This document shows positions 47,101-55,863 of a stretch of 64,000 nucleotides of DNA, piece by piece. The DNA is from Candidatus Woesearchaeota archaeon. GTDB lineage: Archaea; Nanobdellota; Nanobdellia; Woesearchaeales; UBA10216. A program made the position numbers and the translations under genes. Position 1 is the first letter of the stretch. Each line of letters opens with the position of its first letter. The stretch lies in assembly GCA_016192905.1 (NCBI GenBank), contig JACPTG010000001.1, forward strand, positions 357,005-421,004, given 5' to 3'. The notes beneath the pieces were generated by a model. That model was not told the origin of the DNA and searched no databases. It was given only the letters and a program-made list of their open reading frames with translations.

Positions 47101-49091
47101 GGAGTTGTGAGCTTGGCAGGGAAAAGGCCGAAGCTGCTCGTGTTCTGCACAAGACACCTGAAAGCCTGCCTCCTCTCAATGGAAGTCGAGGCATTAATGG
47201 ACACATTATAAACGAACTTATACTCTATGCCAGAGACATTTGTGCGGTTTATCATCTCCCAGCAGCCTGTGCTCTGGCTGCCATCAGTGTCAAGGAAGTA
47301 ATAATACAGGCCTGTCCCATTCGTGCTGTTCGGGCAGGCAGCTGAAGCAGAGCCGTTGCCAAGCATGATGCCCATGCCAATTGACTTGCCCATGTCCTTA
47401 AAGCCAAACCCGAGAATGTCCAGATGCTTATGCGAAGCAGGCGGCTCAGTTGTCATATCAGTGTCATCCTTAAGCCTGATGGGAGGGCCTGGCTTGTCAT
47501 CCATGGCCCTTGCTGACTCGAAAAGCATGGCCTTCTCCTTGTTGCAGCTAATGCCTGAACTAGTTTCGGTGCATATGCCAAACACCTTCATTGTGTTAAC
47601 AAACACTGTATCGGTAAGTATCTTCTTGTCAAACTCGCCTCCGCCGCAGAACTTGTCAGTGGAGCAGCCCGGGTCATTGCAGTCAATAAGGCCGTTGCCA
47701 TTGTTATCAGCGCTGTCAAAGCAGGAGTATTCCAAGCTGCCGATGTTCATATAGCAGAAGTTGCTCGTGTTCTCCCAGGCGCAGGCGCCGCCATTTGCAA
47801 CGCCTATGCAGGTCGTGGCATTGCAGCTTGAGCATGAAGCAGTCTCTGTATTAGGCCCGCATGTCTTGATGGTTGTCCCGGCCTCGGCGCAGAATGACTT
47901 CCCGGTAACCGGATCGGAAATCCAAGAGCAGCCGCCCGATGCCCTGCTGTTGGTGCAGGCATTCTGGCCAAAGCAGTCATTGCACTTGGAATCGCAATTG
48001 CCGCCAAACCTGAACTTCGTAAAGTCCTCAATACAGAAGGCGCCTGTCCACTGGCATGTGTTCCTCGCGCCGGTGGCACAATCTCCGGAAGTGGTGCATG
48101 CACCGCAAAAGTCAGAGCAGCCATAATTGCCTGTATCCTCAAAATTAGGCCGGCAATGGCTGAAATCAGACTCCCAGACGCAACTGAAGTTGCCATTAAG
48201 AGCTCCACTCTCACAATAAGACTGGTTGATAAAGCTGCCGCAGCCTGAATCCCTGAACATGAAGCTGTCGTTCCCGCTCTTCTCAAAAAATGCCCCTGTG
48301 CTCATCCCCAAGTCTGAACTGAAATCCTGCCTGTTAGCGCCTATAAGGTCAACAGGGCCTCCAGTGCCCTTTGAAACCACATTATATGTAAGGACCGACC
48401 ACTTAAGCTGGGACTTGTTAATTGCCACCCTGACTGTTGAAGGGTCAGAGTCACACCTAGCGCCTGTCTTGGAGATGTTAACAAAGACAGTCACGTTTGT
48501 CGACCAATTATAGCAGTTGCCAACAGGGCAGGCACCGCTAACCTGGCTGCTGTTGAAAATCAGAAGCGAGCCATTGCCTGTGGAATTAACAATAATATGA
48601 TAATCCGCGCCTGGATAACAGGGGTCGCCCGAAGGCCTGCAGCCAGTGTTGACATTGCCGTCAGCGTCAAACTCAATCTCAAACTCCAGTTGGCTGCTTC
48701 CAGAGCAAAAAGATGCATTGGAAAAATTCTTGCCAGTAATCTTCCAGGCAATGAAATTGGAATCCTGCGCCACCCATGTAGAGCGAAGGTCCCAGGTGGG
48801 CGCACAAAAAGACGAGCCCATGCCTCCACAGCTGAAAAAGCGGTCATACTTGCCATCGCCATTGCTTGCATAAGGAAGCCCTGAAAAATCAAACGTAGCC
48901 CAGTCCAACGTGCCCTGATTGGCAGGGGACAAGTTAAAAACGGCCTGAGGAGGAACGTCTGAATCTGAAAGGCTCAGGATGAGATTAGAGCCCACCACCA
49001 AGACAGTGAGCATTAACACAACAATGAAAACCAGCCTGAGGCTATTAATTACACCTCTCCTAAACACACCCTTTTTCATCAAAATCCTCAA
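44115..49091 (-). CDS. Giant surface protein (~1655 aa) with Cys-rich region, FN3-like and PGF-pre-PGF domains, C-terminal TM anchor
   Basis: Signal/anchor MKKGVFRRGVINSLRLVFIVVLMLTVLVVGS. Dozens of N-x-S/T sequons. Poly-Ser/Gly linker. ..STPGFSVFAVAA.. pre-PGF signature. Terminal IPLLNLIAISIVVIAVLGVVVYFVSKGKKEGN. Confidence 0.8.
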   Translation of the reverse strand: MRILMKKGVFRRGVINSLRLVFIVVLMLTVLVVGSNLILSLSDSDVPPQAVFNLSPANQGTLDWATFDFSGLPYASNGDGKYDRFFSCGGMGSSFCAPTWDLRSTWVAQDSNFIAWKITGKNFSNASFCSGSSQLEFEIEFDADGNVNTGCRPSGDPCYPGADYHIIVNSTGNGSLLIFNSSQVSGACPVGNCYNWSTNVTVFVNISKTGARCDSDPSTVRVAINKSQLKWSVLTYNVVSKGTGGPVDLIGANRQDFSSDLGMSTGAFFEKSGNDSFMFRDSGCGSFINQSYCESGALNGNFSCVWESDFSHCRPNFEDTGNYGCSDFCGACTTSGDCATGARNTCQWTGAFCIEDFTKFRFGGNCDSKCNDCFGQNACTNSRASGGCSWISDPVTGKSFCAEAGTTIKTCGPNTETASCSSCNATTCIGVANGGACAWENTSNFCYMNIGSLEYSCFDSADNNGNGLIDCNDPGCSTDKFCGGGEFDKKILTDTVFVNTMKVFGICTETSSGISCNKEKAMLFESARAMDDKPGPPIRLKDDTDMTTEPPASHKHLDILGFGFKDMGKSIGMGIMLGNGSASAACPNSTNGTGLYYYFLDTDGSQSTGCWEMINRTNVSGIEYKFVYNVSINASTSIERRQAFRCLVQNTSSFGLFPAKLTTPTNPFNPSQTPICTFGAAIMVVPLSDIGNPKDSIVYHLATVDNLTAIPNMSNDTLFNATYTPGSVEFIPPNCESNPMACGTAFAKLGGGKFTPFEDCAQGSPDEDQDGNANCADADCAQAPWCSANRSALLANDKTAPRVMSNIVDEFDRFAMLRQSTSELSNLSLEFYNTSSACTVPVANLTDALFESDRYRPWHSLNFDNTSISAAGVTPLRANTTYYYRTKNCDLSGNCATSACLNFTTKTSGSSNFNFGILFDPKGSPSMSGLNLTYFNGSEYIHFSIRNISYISNTTMRFDNPNASFNGSTLGWNILFEGVDIAKATSINMTDMIQYTQVNESTPSRPTDARMLVGMNGTKWQEMAQILGIDSVVINISQVGNRIIKCDINGSGCVDVSGNITVIKQGSNYTTVRIPTYGLGGFSAYGVNSTGVEFRSDRTVYQCYPGCTVYWNVTNYQTNYSQILNLTVKVNDTSSRTSYNISYLNLSNLTQWVPVAMNNESNISNYNFTIVNSGKLNETVHQFRVVVNMSVPVADFVTFNFTVTNNSGWVSSWKDDVWFDTINITTEDSNLSQVQNARIQFKLLTLNDSNQSCTLRINGTSLVNGTVVNDTLSAFIVNSTPQNGTYSYNISCLNSESNEVGTSALRTLRVNDTEKPVFNQTPSASVSTTSAVITWTTHERANSSVAHGIASATFTANTTDTAYSEGHRVTVNSLSASTAYYINVTSCDVAGNCNTTGPLNFSTSSSSSSSSSSSGGSSSGGGAGPGNQDAAATKVSKVWAELPIGANVMNIVKSDFAVRKVIIETGTVAASVTVDVTKLTGAPSATGVAPGTVYQYLQFDTSNLPISSVKTVTMQFSVGKKWLASNSLVKDNVALYRHNGGKWNELSTKILSEDTINVNYEASTPGFSVFAVAARSSPAAAANETTAGPTGAVVETNESASGGPSGELSNESAQPSLLPNLQNVAGIPLLNLIAISIVVIAVLGVVVYFVSKGKKEGN

Positions 49092-49120
49092 AGCTGGACA
49101 GAAAATGCCCTGCCTCTTAT

Positions 49121-52100
49121 TTAAAGTTTTCGCTGAAGCCTGACCCGCAGCAGGAAATAAAGGCCTGCGGCAAGAAGGACAGCGACAAGCAGAACCGCGG
49201 CAAGGACAGTGAGGCTGATGCCCTGCTGCTGCGGGGGCTGGCCAGATGGCATCTCCTGGGCAGGGGTTTGGTTGGCGGCAGGATTCTGAAATGACTCCGG
49301 TTCCTCCTCTGGAGTTCTGTTGGAAAGCGGAGCAGGACTTGCAGGCTCAGCCACACCGGCAACGGCAAAATAGGAAAAGCCAGGGCTTGAGGCAGAGAAT
49401 GAGTAAAACGACTGGTTCTCACCTATACCCGATGTAGGCAGCTGATGCCAACTGCCTTCCGAAAGCCTGTAAAGGTAAACCGAGCCAAAGCGGCCTGCAA
49501 AAGAGCTGTTAACCCTGAAATCAATGCTCACAGATGCAAAGTCAGAGTCAGGCAAGGAAGGGGTAGAGGTAAGCCTGAAGTAGGCGTATGAAGCGTGGGA
49601 TGCAAAGGCGCTTTCAATGGCCAAAGGAGGGTCTGTAACCGGCTCAGCCACCAGAGTCAGGGCATCCACGGGCCGGTTGGTGAAGAAGGAAACCAGCGAA
49701 ACAGGCATCTGCGGGCTGCTTACCTTCATAGTGTTAAGCCTGCCAGCGGAAATGCCCGCGAAAACATGGCTTACCTTAGCAGACTGGCTGGGGGTGGTTG
49801 AGCCTCCTCCGCCACCGCCGCCACCGCCGCTTGAGCTGCCGGATGAGCAGGCAAGGTCAACGCCATCACAATTCTGGTCAATGCCATCACCGCAAACCTC
49901 GGTGGCGCCAGGATTAATGCCTGAAGAGGAGTCATGGCAGTCAGTGCCGTTCCCGCAGCCAGAAGCATAAAAGCCGTCAGCATCACTATCAGGGCACTGC
50001 TGCCTGGCTGCGGAAAAGCGAAGCCCAGCAACTTTGAAGTAAGTCGTGTTGCCGGTGCTGTTAACAAGCGAACATGAATAAGAGGAGTTCTGGCCCGGGC
50101 AGCTTATCAAGGTCTCGTTCTGGCCATTGCACGAAACGCTAATGTTGTAAAGGCTTGACACATCAGCGTCCTTCACGCAGACAGTGCCAATGGTGCCATT
50201 CACAGCAAGCAGGCTAACATTCTTGGTAAGGTTGTACTGCAAAGCCAAACCGCGGACAAGGACTGCACCAAAAGTGCTGGCAGCAGGCTGCACCTCATAA
50301 GTGAAGTTAAGGTTAAGCGTGGAATTCGTAAAGTTCCAGAAAAACTCAAGAATGCTCACCGAGCTGTTGGAGACGTTCACAAAGAAAGTCCCGTTAAACC
50401 TCTGCGAAAGGTTGCTGCTGCTGTTCACTGAGATGTTAATAGAGCCTGCAAGCATGTTAGTCACGTTTATGAAGGAATTGTTTGTCCCCAGAAGATAATC
50501 CTCACTGTCGGGGATGCCATCATTGTCGTCATCAGAGTCATAAATGTCGGGGACACCGTCAAGGTCGCTGTCAATCTGGTCAAAAACGGTAATGTTGACC
50601 TGCATTGAAGAAGAGGCATTGCCATCAGTGACATTAACCAGAACTGCGAAAATCCCTGAACTGGCCAGATTCGTCCTCCAGCTGAAGTTGCCGCTTGTGT
50701 TCTGAGCAAACCTTGTGTCGTTGACCGAATAGTTGAAGAAGCCATTGTCAGGGTCTGAGGCTGATACGGTAAAGTTCACCCAGTCAGTTTCATTCACGCT
50801 CATGTTCGCCTGCTGGGCAATTTCAGGCGGGTCGTTCTGCGGGGAAATGTTCACCAGAATTACTTCGGAAATATTGGCTGTCCCGTCCCAAGCGGTGATG
50901 TTCAACGGGACAGTGCCGTTGAAGTTGGAGGCGGGAGTGAAATTCACGGTAGTGTTCTGCCCCTGCGGGACTGCTGCGCCTGTAACATTGAACCGGGAGT
51001 CATTAACATAATACCTGACAGTGTCATTGTCAACATCCGACGCTGAAATGTTAAAGAACAATGCCGCGTCCTCAAGCATGGACTGGTTTGACGGCGAGAA
51101 ATTCCAGTAAAGCACATCATTAACCGGGGTGACGTTAACGAAGACACGCCCGGAAATGTTGACCACGCCGTCGGATGCGGTTATGTTGATGAACACCACG
51201 CCGTTGAAGTTGGAAGCAGGAGTGAAATTAAAAGTCGTATTTACACCCTGCGGGACTGCTGCGCCTGTAACATTGAACCGGGAGTCATTAACATAATACC
51301 TGATTGTGTTATTGTCAAAGTCTGACGCGGAAACGTTGAATACGAGCGAGGAATCCTCCTGAATGGAATAATTCTGCGGGGTGAAATTCCAGAGAGGAGA
51401 GGTGTTGTTCACGTCGAGCCGCCACTCGTAATAAGCCGATGAATTCCAGTCTGAAACCAAAACCGAGACATTATAGCTGCCAAGCGTGGTGTTGGTGAAG
51501 TTGAAAGAGGTACTGTTGAAGAAGGCGGACTGGTTGGAATTGTTAAGGAACCAGGCTATTACGAGCAAATCATTGTGCGCATCCGTATAGTTGAACGAGA
51601 AAGTCTGGTTATTCGGCGAGCTTATCGTGAAGTTCCGGGTTGAGGGGCCGGTTGTGAGGACAGGAGCTGAGTTGTTGCACAGGCTTGAGTTAATGCCGTG
51701 AAGGACAGAAAAGGAATAGCACAACTGCCCCCTATTCGGCGTGCCGTCGCTGAGGTTCGTGTTATTGTCGTCCATTACAAGCAAATCCTCAAGGAACGCG
51801 TTGAAAGTCTGGCTCTGCACCTTCATGGCCCTGATGACAAGGTCATCTGACTTTGTATTGCCAACTCTCAGCCTAAGCTCCCACATCGCGCCTGAAAATG
51901 ACTGGCTGTCAGCATGCACCTGGGTGAATGAAGTCGGCTTCTGCACGCTGTTGTTCAGATTACGAAGGCAGGGAGTGACAGAATCCCACTCATCGGCAAG
52001 GCACGGGTTGCCATTCAGTGTGGCTGCAAAATAATCCGCAAGAGCCTCATTCATCGCGCCCGGCTGGCCTGAAGTCATAGCCGCAGAATAAATCTGGTCA

Positions 52101-53734
52101 ACAGCAGCATGAGTGTACTCGTGATAAACCACATCGCTGCCAAGCGAAGTCGCATTGCAGCCGCCGCCAGCAGGAGTGAAATGCACAGTCCCTGTTGAAG
52201 GCTGATAAAACGCATTGCAGTTGCTGCCAAGCGATGTGTCCTGCACGAGGACGAGCATCTCATAGTTTAACCCTGATACATTAAACGGAGTGCCATTGGT
52301 AAAAAAGTCATGAACCCTGGTGGCGTGGTAAAAGACGTTGGACAGCTCCAGCGAATAGCTCGGGTCAGACCCATTCCAGTTCCAGCTATGAGAGCCGTTT
52401 AATGTTGAGTTGACCTCTGCGGTATGGTTGGCGTCATAGGTTGCAGCGCGGTCAGCAACCCTAATCCATGGACTCCTAAAGTTGGTAATTACGGTGGCGT
52501 TGCCTGAAAAGCCCGAAATGTTATAATGGCCTGTGTAATTCGTGTTTGTGAAGTTGATGAAGGTATCATTTGAATGCGAATAGCCTGCAAGGGACCAGTT
52601 TGAGGTTGAGTTGAAATCCTCTGAAAAAACAATTCCTGAATTCGTTACAATGGATACGTTATCCACAAAAAAGCCGTCCTCAACCACAGAAGTATCATAA
52701 GTTGTGGTGAAGTTAATGTAAACAGACCTGTTAATGTAATTGTTCAGGCTGTAATTCCTAAGAACCCAGCCAAGCTGCCTGCCTGTGAAAGTTTCCAGCG
52801 TCTGCCATGAACTGCCATTAGCGGAAACCCTCGCGTAAGAATAGTCTGAGTTGTTCTCAAGCTCGTACCTGGCCATGAAGGTAATGTTGACATCTGTATA
52901 GCCGGAAAGGTTAATTGAACGATTAGTTCCTGCTGCGCTCACCAGGTTGTTTGCCTTCCCTGAGTAAATTACGGAATTGTTGGAAGGCTGGTAAACCCTG
53001 ACTGTGAGGTTGGTGAAGTTAACCAGGGTGCGGGAATTCTTCCAGTGCTCAGGGTAAACCATTCCTGTGACACGACCGTAAATGTCGCCAAAGACTATGT
53101 TGTTGTACTTCCTGATGATGCCTCCACCATGCGCATCCACGTAATACGCCCAGGCCCCACGCAGCCTCTCGTCAAGCGGCAGCTGGACCTTCCAGGCGAG
53201 GTGATAGCCTGAGTCGGCTGCTGTGACAAGCAAAGTCGTATTAAGCGGAGTGATGCTGACTCCAGCGTCCTGAACTGCCAGCTCAGCAGCCTTTTCAGCT
53301 GAAATCCCTGGAACAGGGTCAAGGCTGATACCCCTCAGGAAGTTGTTATTAACGGTTACAAGCTTATCATCAACGTAAACCAGGACCACAAACCCGTCCT
53401 CAACAGGAACGCCCCTGTAAACCTGCTCGTAAGAGGCGTACCACACGCCGCTCTGATGCCTATACAACGGGCTGTCACGCTCAGCCTGCCTCAAGGCAAG
53501 CGCATCCTCATCAATCTTCAGAAAGCGCTCATTGCGCTCCATAAAGCCCCGGGCAACGCTATCAACATTACCGGCGGTTATGTGCCTGCCAACATCCAGC
53601 GAGCCCACCAGCCTCTCCGGAGCTCCTCCCCTATAATCAACCTTAAAGGCCTGCAGATTATCAGAGCGGCCCGCAGCCAAGGCTACAAAAGCAGAAGCGG
53701 ACATAACAAAAAGAACAGCAAAAAGCCACCTCAT
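49121..53734 (-). CDS. Giant surface metalloprotease (1537 aa): propeptide-like N-terminus, M4 thermolysin-like domain, Ig-like and TSP3-like repeats, PGF-pre-PGF domain, TM anchor
   Basis: VVYHEYTHAAVD..GAMNEALADYF (HExxH + NEAxxD). Tandem ..RYYVNDSRFNVTGAAVPQG.NTT.NFTPASNFNG.. repeats. DSDLDGVPDIYDSDDDNDGIPDSED. ..SPGFSYFAVAG... C-terminal ISLTVLAAVLLVAVLLAAGLYFLL. Confidence 0.75.
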   Translation of the reverse strand: MRWLFAVLFVMSASAFVALAAGRSDNLQAFKVDYRGGAPERLVGSLDVGRHITAGNVDSVARGFMERNERFLKIDEDALALRQAERDSPLYRHQSGVWYASYEQVYRGVPVEDGFVVLVYVDDKLVTVNNNFLRGISLDPVPGISAEKAAELAVQDAGVSITPLNTTLLVTAADSGYHLAWKVQLPLDERLRGAWAYYVDAHGGGIIRKYNNIVFGDIYGRVTGMVYPEHWKNSRTLVNFTNLTVRVYQPSNNSVIYSGKANNLVSAAGTNRSINLSGYTDVNITFMARYELENNSDYSYARVSANGSSWQTLETFTGRQLGWVLRNYSLNNYINRSVYINFTTTYDTSVVEDGFFVDNVSIVTNSGIVFSEDFNSTSNWSLAGYSHSNDTFINFTNTNYTGHYNISGFSGNATVITNFRSPWIRVADRAATYDANHTAEVNSTLNGSHSWNWNGSDPSYSLELSNVFYHATRVHDFFTNGTPFNVSGLNYEMLVLVQDTSLGSNCNAFYQPSTGTVHFTPAGGGCNATSLGSDVVYHEYTHAAVDQIYSAAMTSGQPGAMNEALADYFAATLNGNPCLADEWDSVTPCLRNLNNSVQKPTSFTQVHADSQSFSGAMWELRLRVGNTKSDDLVIRAMKVQSQTFNAFLEDLLVMDDNNTNLSDGTPNRGQLCYSFSVLHGINSSLCNNSAPVLTTGPSTRNFTISSPNNQTFSFNYTDAHNDLLVIAWFLNNSNQSAFFNSTSFNFTNTTLGSYNVSVLVSDWNSSAYYEWRLDVNNTSPLWNFTPQNYSIQEDSSLVFNVSASDFDNNTIRYYVNDSRFNVTGAAVPQGVNTTFNFTPASNFNGVVFINITASDGVVNISGRVFVNVTPVNDVLYWNFSPSNQSMLEDAALFFNISASDVDNDTVRYYVNDSRFNVTGAAVPQGQNTTVNFTPASNFNGTVPLNITAWDGTANISEVILVNISPQNDPPEIAQQANMSVNETDWVNFTVSASDPDNGFFNYSVNDTRFAQNTSGNFSWRTNLASSGIFAVLVNVTDGNASSSMQVNITVFDQIDSDLDGVPDIYDSDDDNDGIPDSEDYLLGTNNSFINVTNMLAGSINISVNSSSNLSQRFNGTFFVNVSNSSVSILEFFWNFTNSTLNLNFTYEVQPAASTFGAVLVRGLALQYNLTKNVSLLAVNGTIGTVCVKDADVSSLYNISVSCNGQNETLISCPGQNSSYSCSLVNSTGNTTYFKVAGLRFSAARQQCPDSDADGFYASGCGNGTDCHDSSSGINPGATEVCGDGIDQNCDGVDLACSSGSSSGGGGGGGGGSTTPSQSAKVSHVFAGISAGRLNTMKVSSPQMPVSLVSFFTNRPVDALTLVAEPVTDPPLAIESAFASHASYAYFRLTSTPSLPDSDFASVSIDFRVNSSFAGRFGSVYLYRLSEGSWHQLPTSGIGENQSFYSFSASSPGFSYFAVAGVAEPASPAPLSNRTPEEEPESFQNPAANQTPAQEMPSGQPPQQQGISLTVLAAVLLVAVLLAAGLYFLLRVRLQRKL

Positions 53735-53969
53735 TCTGACACCTTTGCCAATGCGGAAAAGAAAGCAGGTTAGTAAAGCTTTGCTTTTTTAGTTAGTCGT
53801 TGGAGGTTTGTAGTTTACTCTTCAGTGAACTCCAGACCGCACACTTTACGATTTTCCCGAAGGGGGATGGTGAAACCAAGGAAGGCACAGGCCGCTACAG
53901 TGATAAAGAGAAGAATCAGGAACTAAGCTGACTATGCATCAGCCTATTCCAACAGCCAAAAACACTCCT

Positions 53970-54602
53970 TTATTTCTTCTTCCTAAGCAGGAAGAAAGCA
54001 GCAAGCCCTGCAAGCACAATCACCACAACCACCAGAATCCCTGCGGTGGGAATTCCTGCTGCCGGCTTTTCAGGCGGAGCGGGCTGAGGAGTAACAGGCT
54101 GAGGCTGTGCCGCTGCCTTCTTGCAGTCAGCAGCGCAGCTTGACTCTGACTCATCACCCTCGCATACATTATCCCCACAGGCAATGTTCCTAACAGTAAC
54201 GGACTTCTGGTCGCGGCTCTGGCCTGAAGCATCAAACCACACAGCATCAAAATTAGCTGAGCCAACAGCGCCTGCCACAGCAGTGTACTTAATCTGAGCG
54301 CTTGAGCCTGTTGGCGTAAAGCTCCACCCATGCCTGTTGCCATCAGCAGAGCGGTGGTTAATCTTATCCTTAGACTCCTGCGAGCCTGAAACCTCCCAAG
54401 TGCTGAACTTCCAGTCATCAGGAAGGTCATCCTCAAGCGTGAAAAGCTTGCCAGCCTCTGCGCTGCCAATGCTAAAAGTCACTGTGACTGTCTCGCCAGG
54501 GCTCACCCTGTCCGGAATGCTACGGCTCACAGAAGCGGCAAAGACAGCCGATGAAAGTGCAAGAAGAACAGCAAAAAACATCAAATACCTGAAGGCTTTC
54601 AT
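53970..54602 (-). CDS. Secreted surface protein with C-terminal TM anchor
   Basis: Signal MKAFRYLMFFAVLLALSSAVFAAS. CGDNVCEGDESESSCAADC motif. Pro-rich stalk. ..ILVVVVIVLAGLAAFFLLRKKK. Confidence 0.55.
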   Translation of the reverse strand: MKAFRYLMFFAVLLALSSAVFAASVSRSIPDRVSPGETVTVTFSIGSAEAGKLFTLEDDLPDDWKFSTWEVSGSQESKDKINHRSADGNRHGWSFTPTGSSAQIKYTAVAGAVGSANFDAVWFDASGQSRDQKSVTVRNIACGDNVCEGDESESSCAADCKKAAAQPQPVTPQPAPPEKPAAGIPTAGILVVVVIVLAGLAAFFLLRKKK

Positions 54603-55847
54603 TCAACCACCCGCGTAAAACTTCCTGATTATATCGATAATGTCAAAGGCCGTGTAAGACGACTTGCCTGCATAAAAGCCCCTTATCGCATCAATAATGC
54701 CGAATGCAGTCGTAGGAGCAGCCTTCTGCTCGCCGGTAATCGCAAATGTTGAAAAGCCGGGAACCTCAGCCTCATAATGATAATAATTCGCGTCCTCCTT
54801 CACAAACTTAGTTGGCTGCTTGGTCCATGTGCTGCCAACAAGCTTCTTGAGCGAAACCGTGGTATGGTCAATACTGTTCTGGCTCACCCAACTCTTCGCC
54901 ACCTGGAACTTAACCTTGGCAGACTTAATGTCAGCATCCTTAATATTAGCCTTGGTGATTGTCAGATACTGAAACACTACTTCCTGATTTGGCTTTGGAG
55001 CCACGCCAGAGCCTCCTGAAGCTGAAATCCCTGCTGTTGGAGAGCCAGCCGCAAGCGTGGTCTCCCGCACAGTAATCTGAGGGCCTGTTACGGCAGCTGC
55101 AGTGCTTGAAGTGGTAACCTCTATCGTAGCTATTCCAGTATCAGCAGCCTTGGCAAAGCTGAAGGTAGCGGTTGAATCTGCTGAAACAGTACCTGGAACT
55201 GTTGAGGTCTCTGTAACCGCAGCAGAGCCGGCACCTCCGCCTGAGGAAGTGGATGACGAGGAGCTGCTGGAACTGCTTGAGCTTGAGCCACCGCCACTGC
55301 TGCCGCCACTACTGCTGCTGCTCGAGCTGGCAGAGCAGGCAGAAGCCTGGCAGGTGCCTGCAGTGCCGGAATAAGGAGCTGCCTGCACAATCTCAGTCGC
55401 GCCACTGCAACAGTAGCCGCCAGTGCAAGCCTTTGAGTGGTTGCAGGCTGCGCTGTTGGCTATGGCTGTAAAAGTAAGATTGAACCACTGGCCATAATCA
55501 GGACCTGGATGCCATCCTGTGGAAAAAACCTCTGCGGTAGTGTTATCCGGTGCAGAACCCCAAACCCTAAAAGTAACCGCATCGCCAGTGTTTCCCACAC
55601 CGGTAATCAGGTAATAACCTGAAAAAGGGACATCTGCCGAAGTTGCAGTTGTATTTTTCTTCCAAATGCCATTAACATACATATCAACAACAGTGCCCGG
55701 CTCTGCCGACAGGTTATTCCCTGTGCCATTAGTTATTTTGACAAATCCTCGCCAGGTTCCGGTTTCAGCTGACACAAATGAGGCTAAAATAAGTACAAAA
55801 GCAACGATAGCGACTATCAAACCCGCCTTTCTCATTTTTTCCCCCAA
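54603..55847 (-). CDS. Secreted surface protein with poly-Ser linker, PGF-pre-PGF domain and duplicated C-terminal IID(A/I)IR(G/K)FYAG motif
   Basis: Signal MRKAGLIVAIVAFVLILASFVSA. ..EVPGFSTFAITGE... Ends ..FGIIDAIRGFYAGKSSYTAFDIIDIIRKFYAGG, no C-terminal TM. Confidence 0.6.
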   Translation of the reverse strand: MGEKMRKAGLIVAIVAFVLILASFVSAETGTWRGFVKITNGTGNNLSAEPGTVVDMYVNGIWKKNTTATSADVPFSGYYLITGVGNTGDAVTFRVWGSAPDNTTAEVFSTGWHPGPDYGQWFNLTFTAIANSAACNHSKACTGGYCCSGATEIVQAAPYSGTAGTCQASACSASSSSSSSGGSSGGGSSSSSSSSSSSSTSSGGGAGSAAVTETSTVPGTVSADSTATFSFAKAADTGIATIEVTTSSTAAAVTGPQITVRETTLAAGSPTAGISASGGSGVAPKPNQEVVFQYLTITKANIKDADIKSAKVKFQVAKSWVSQNSIDHTTVSLKKLVGSTWTKQPTKFVKEDANYYHYEAEVPGFSTFAITGEQKAAPTTAFGIIDAIRGFYAGKSSYTAFDIIDIIRKFYAGG

Positions 55848-55863
55848 AAAAAGAAAATGATAA

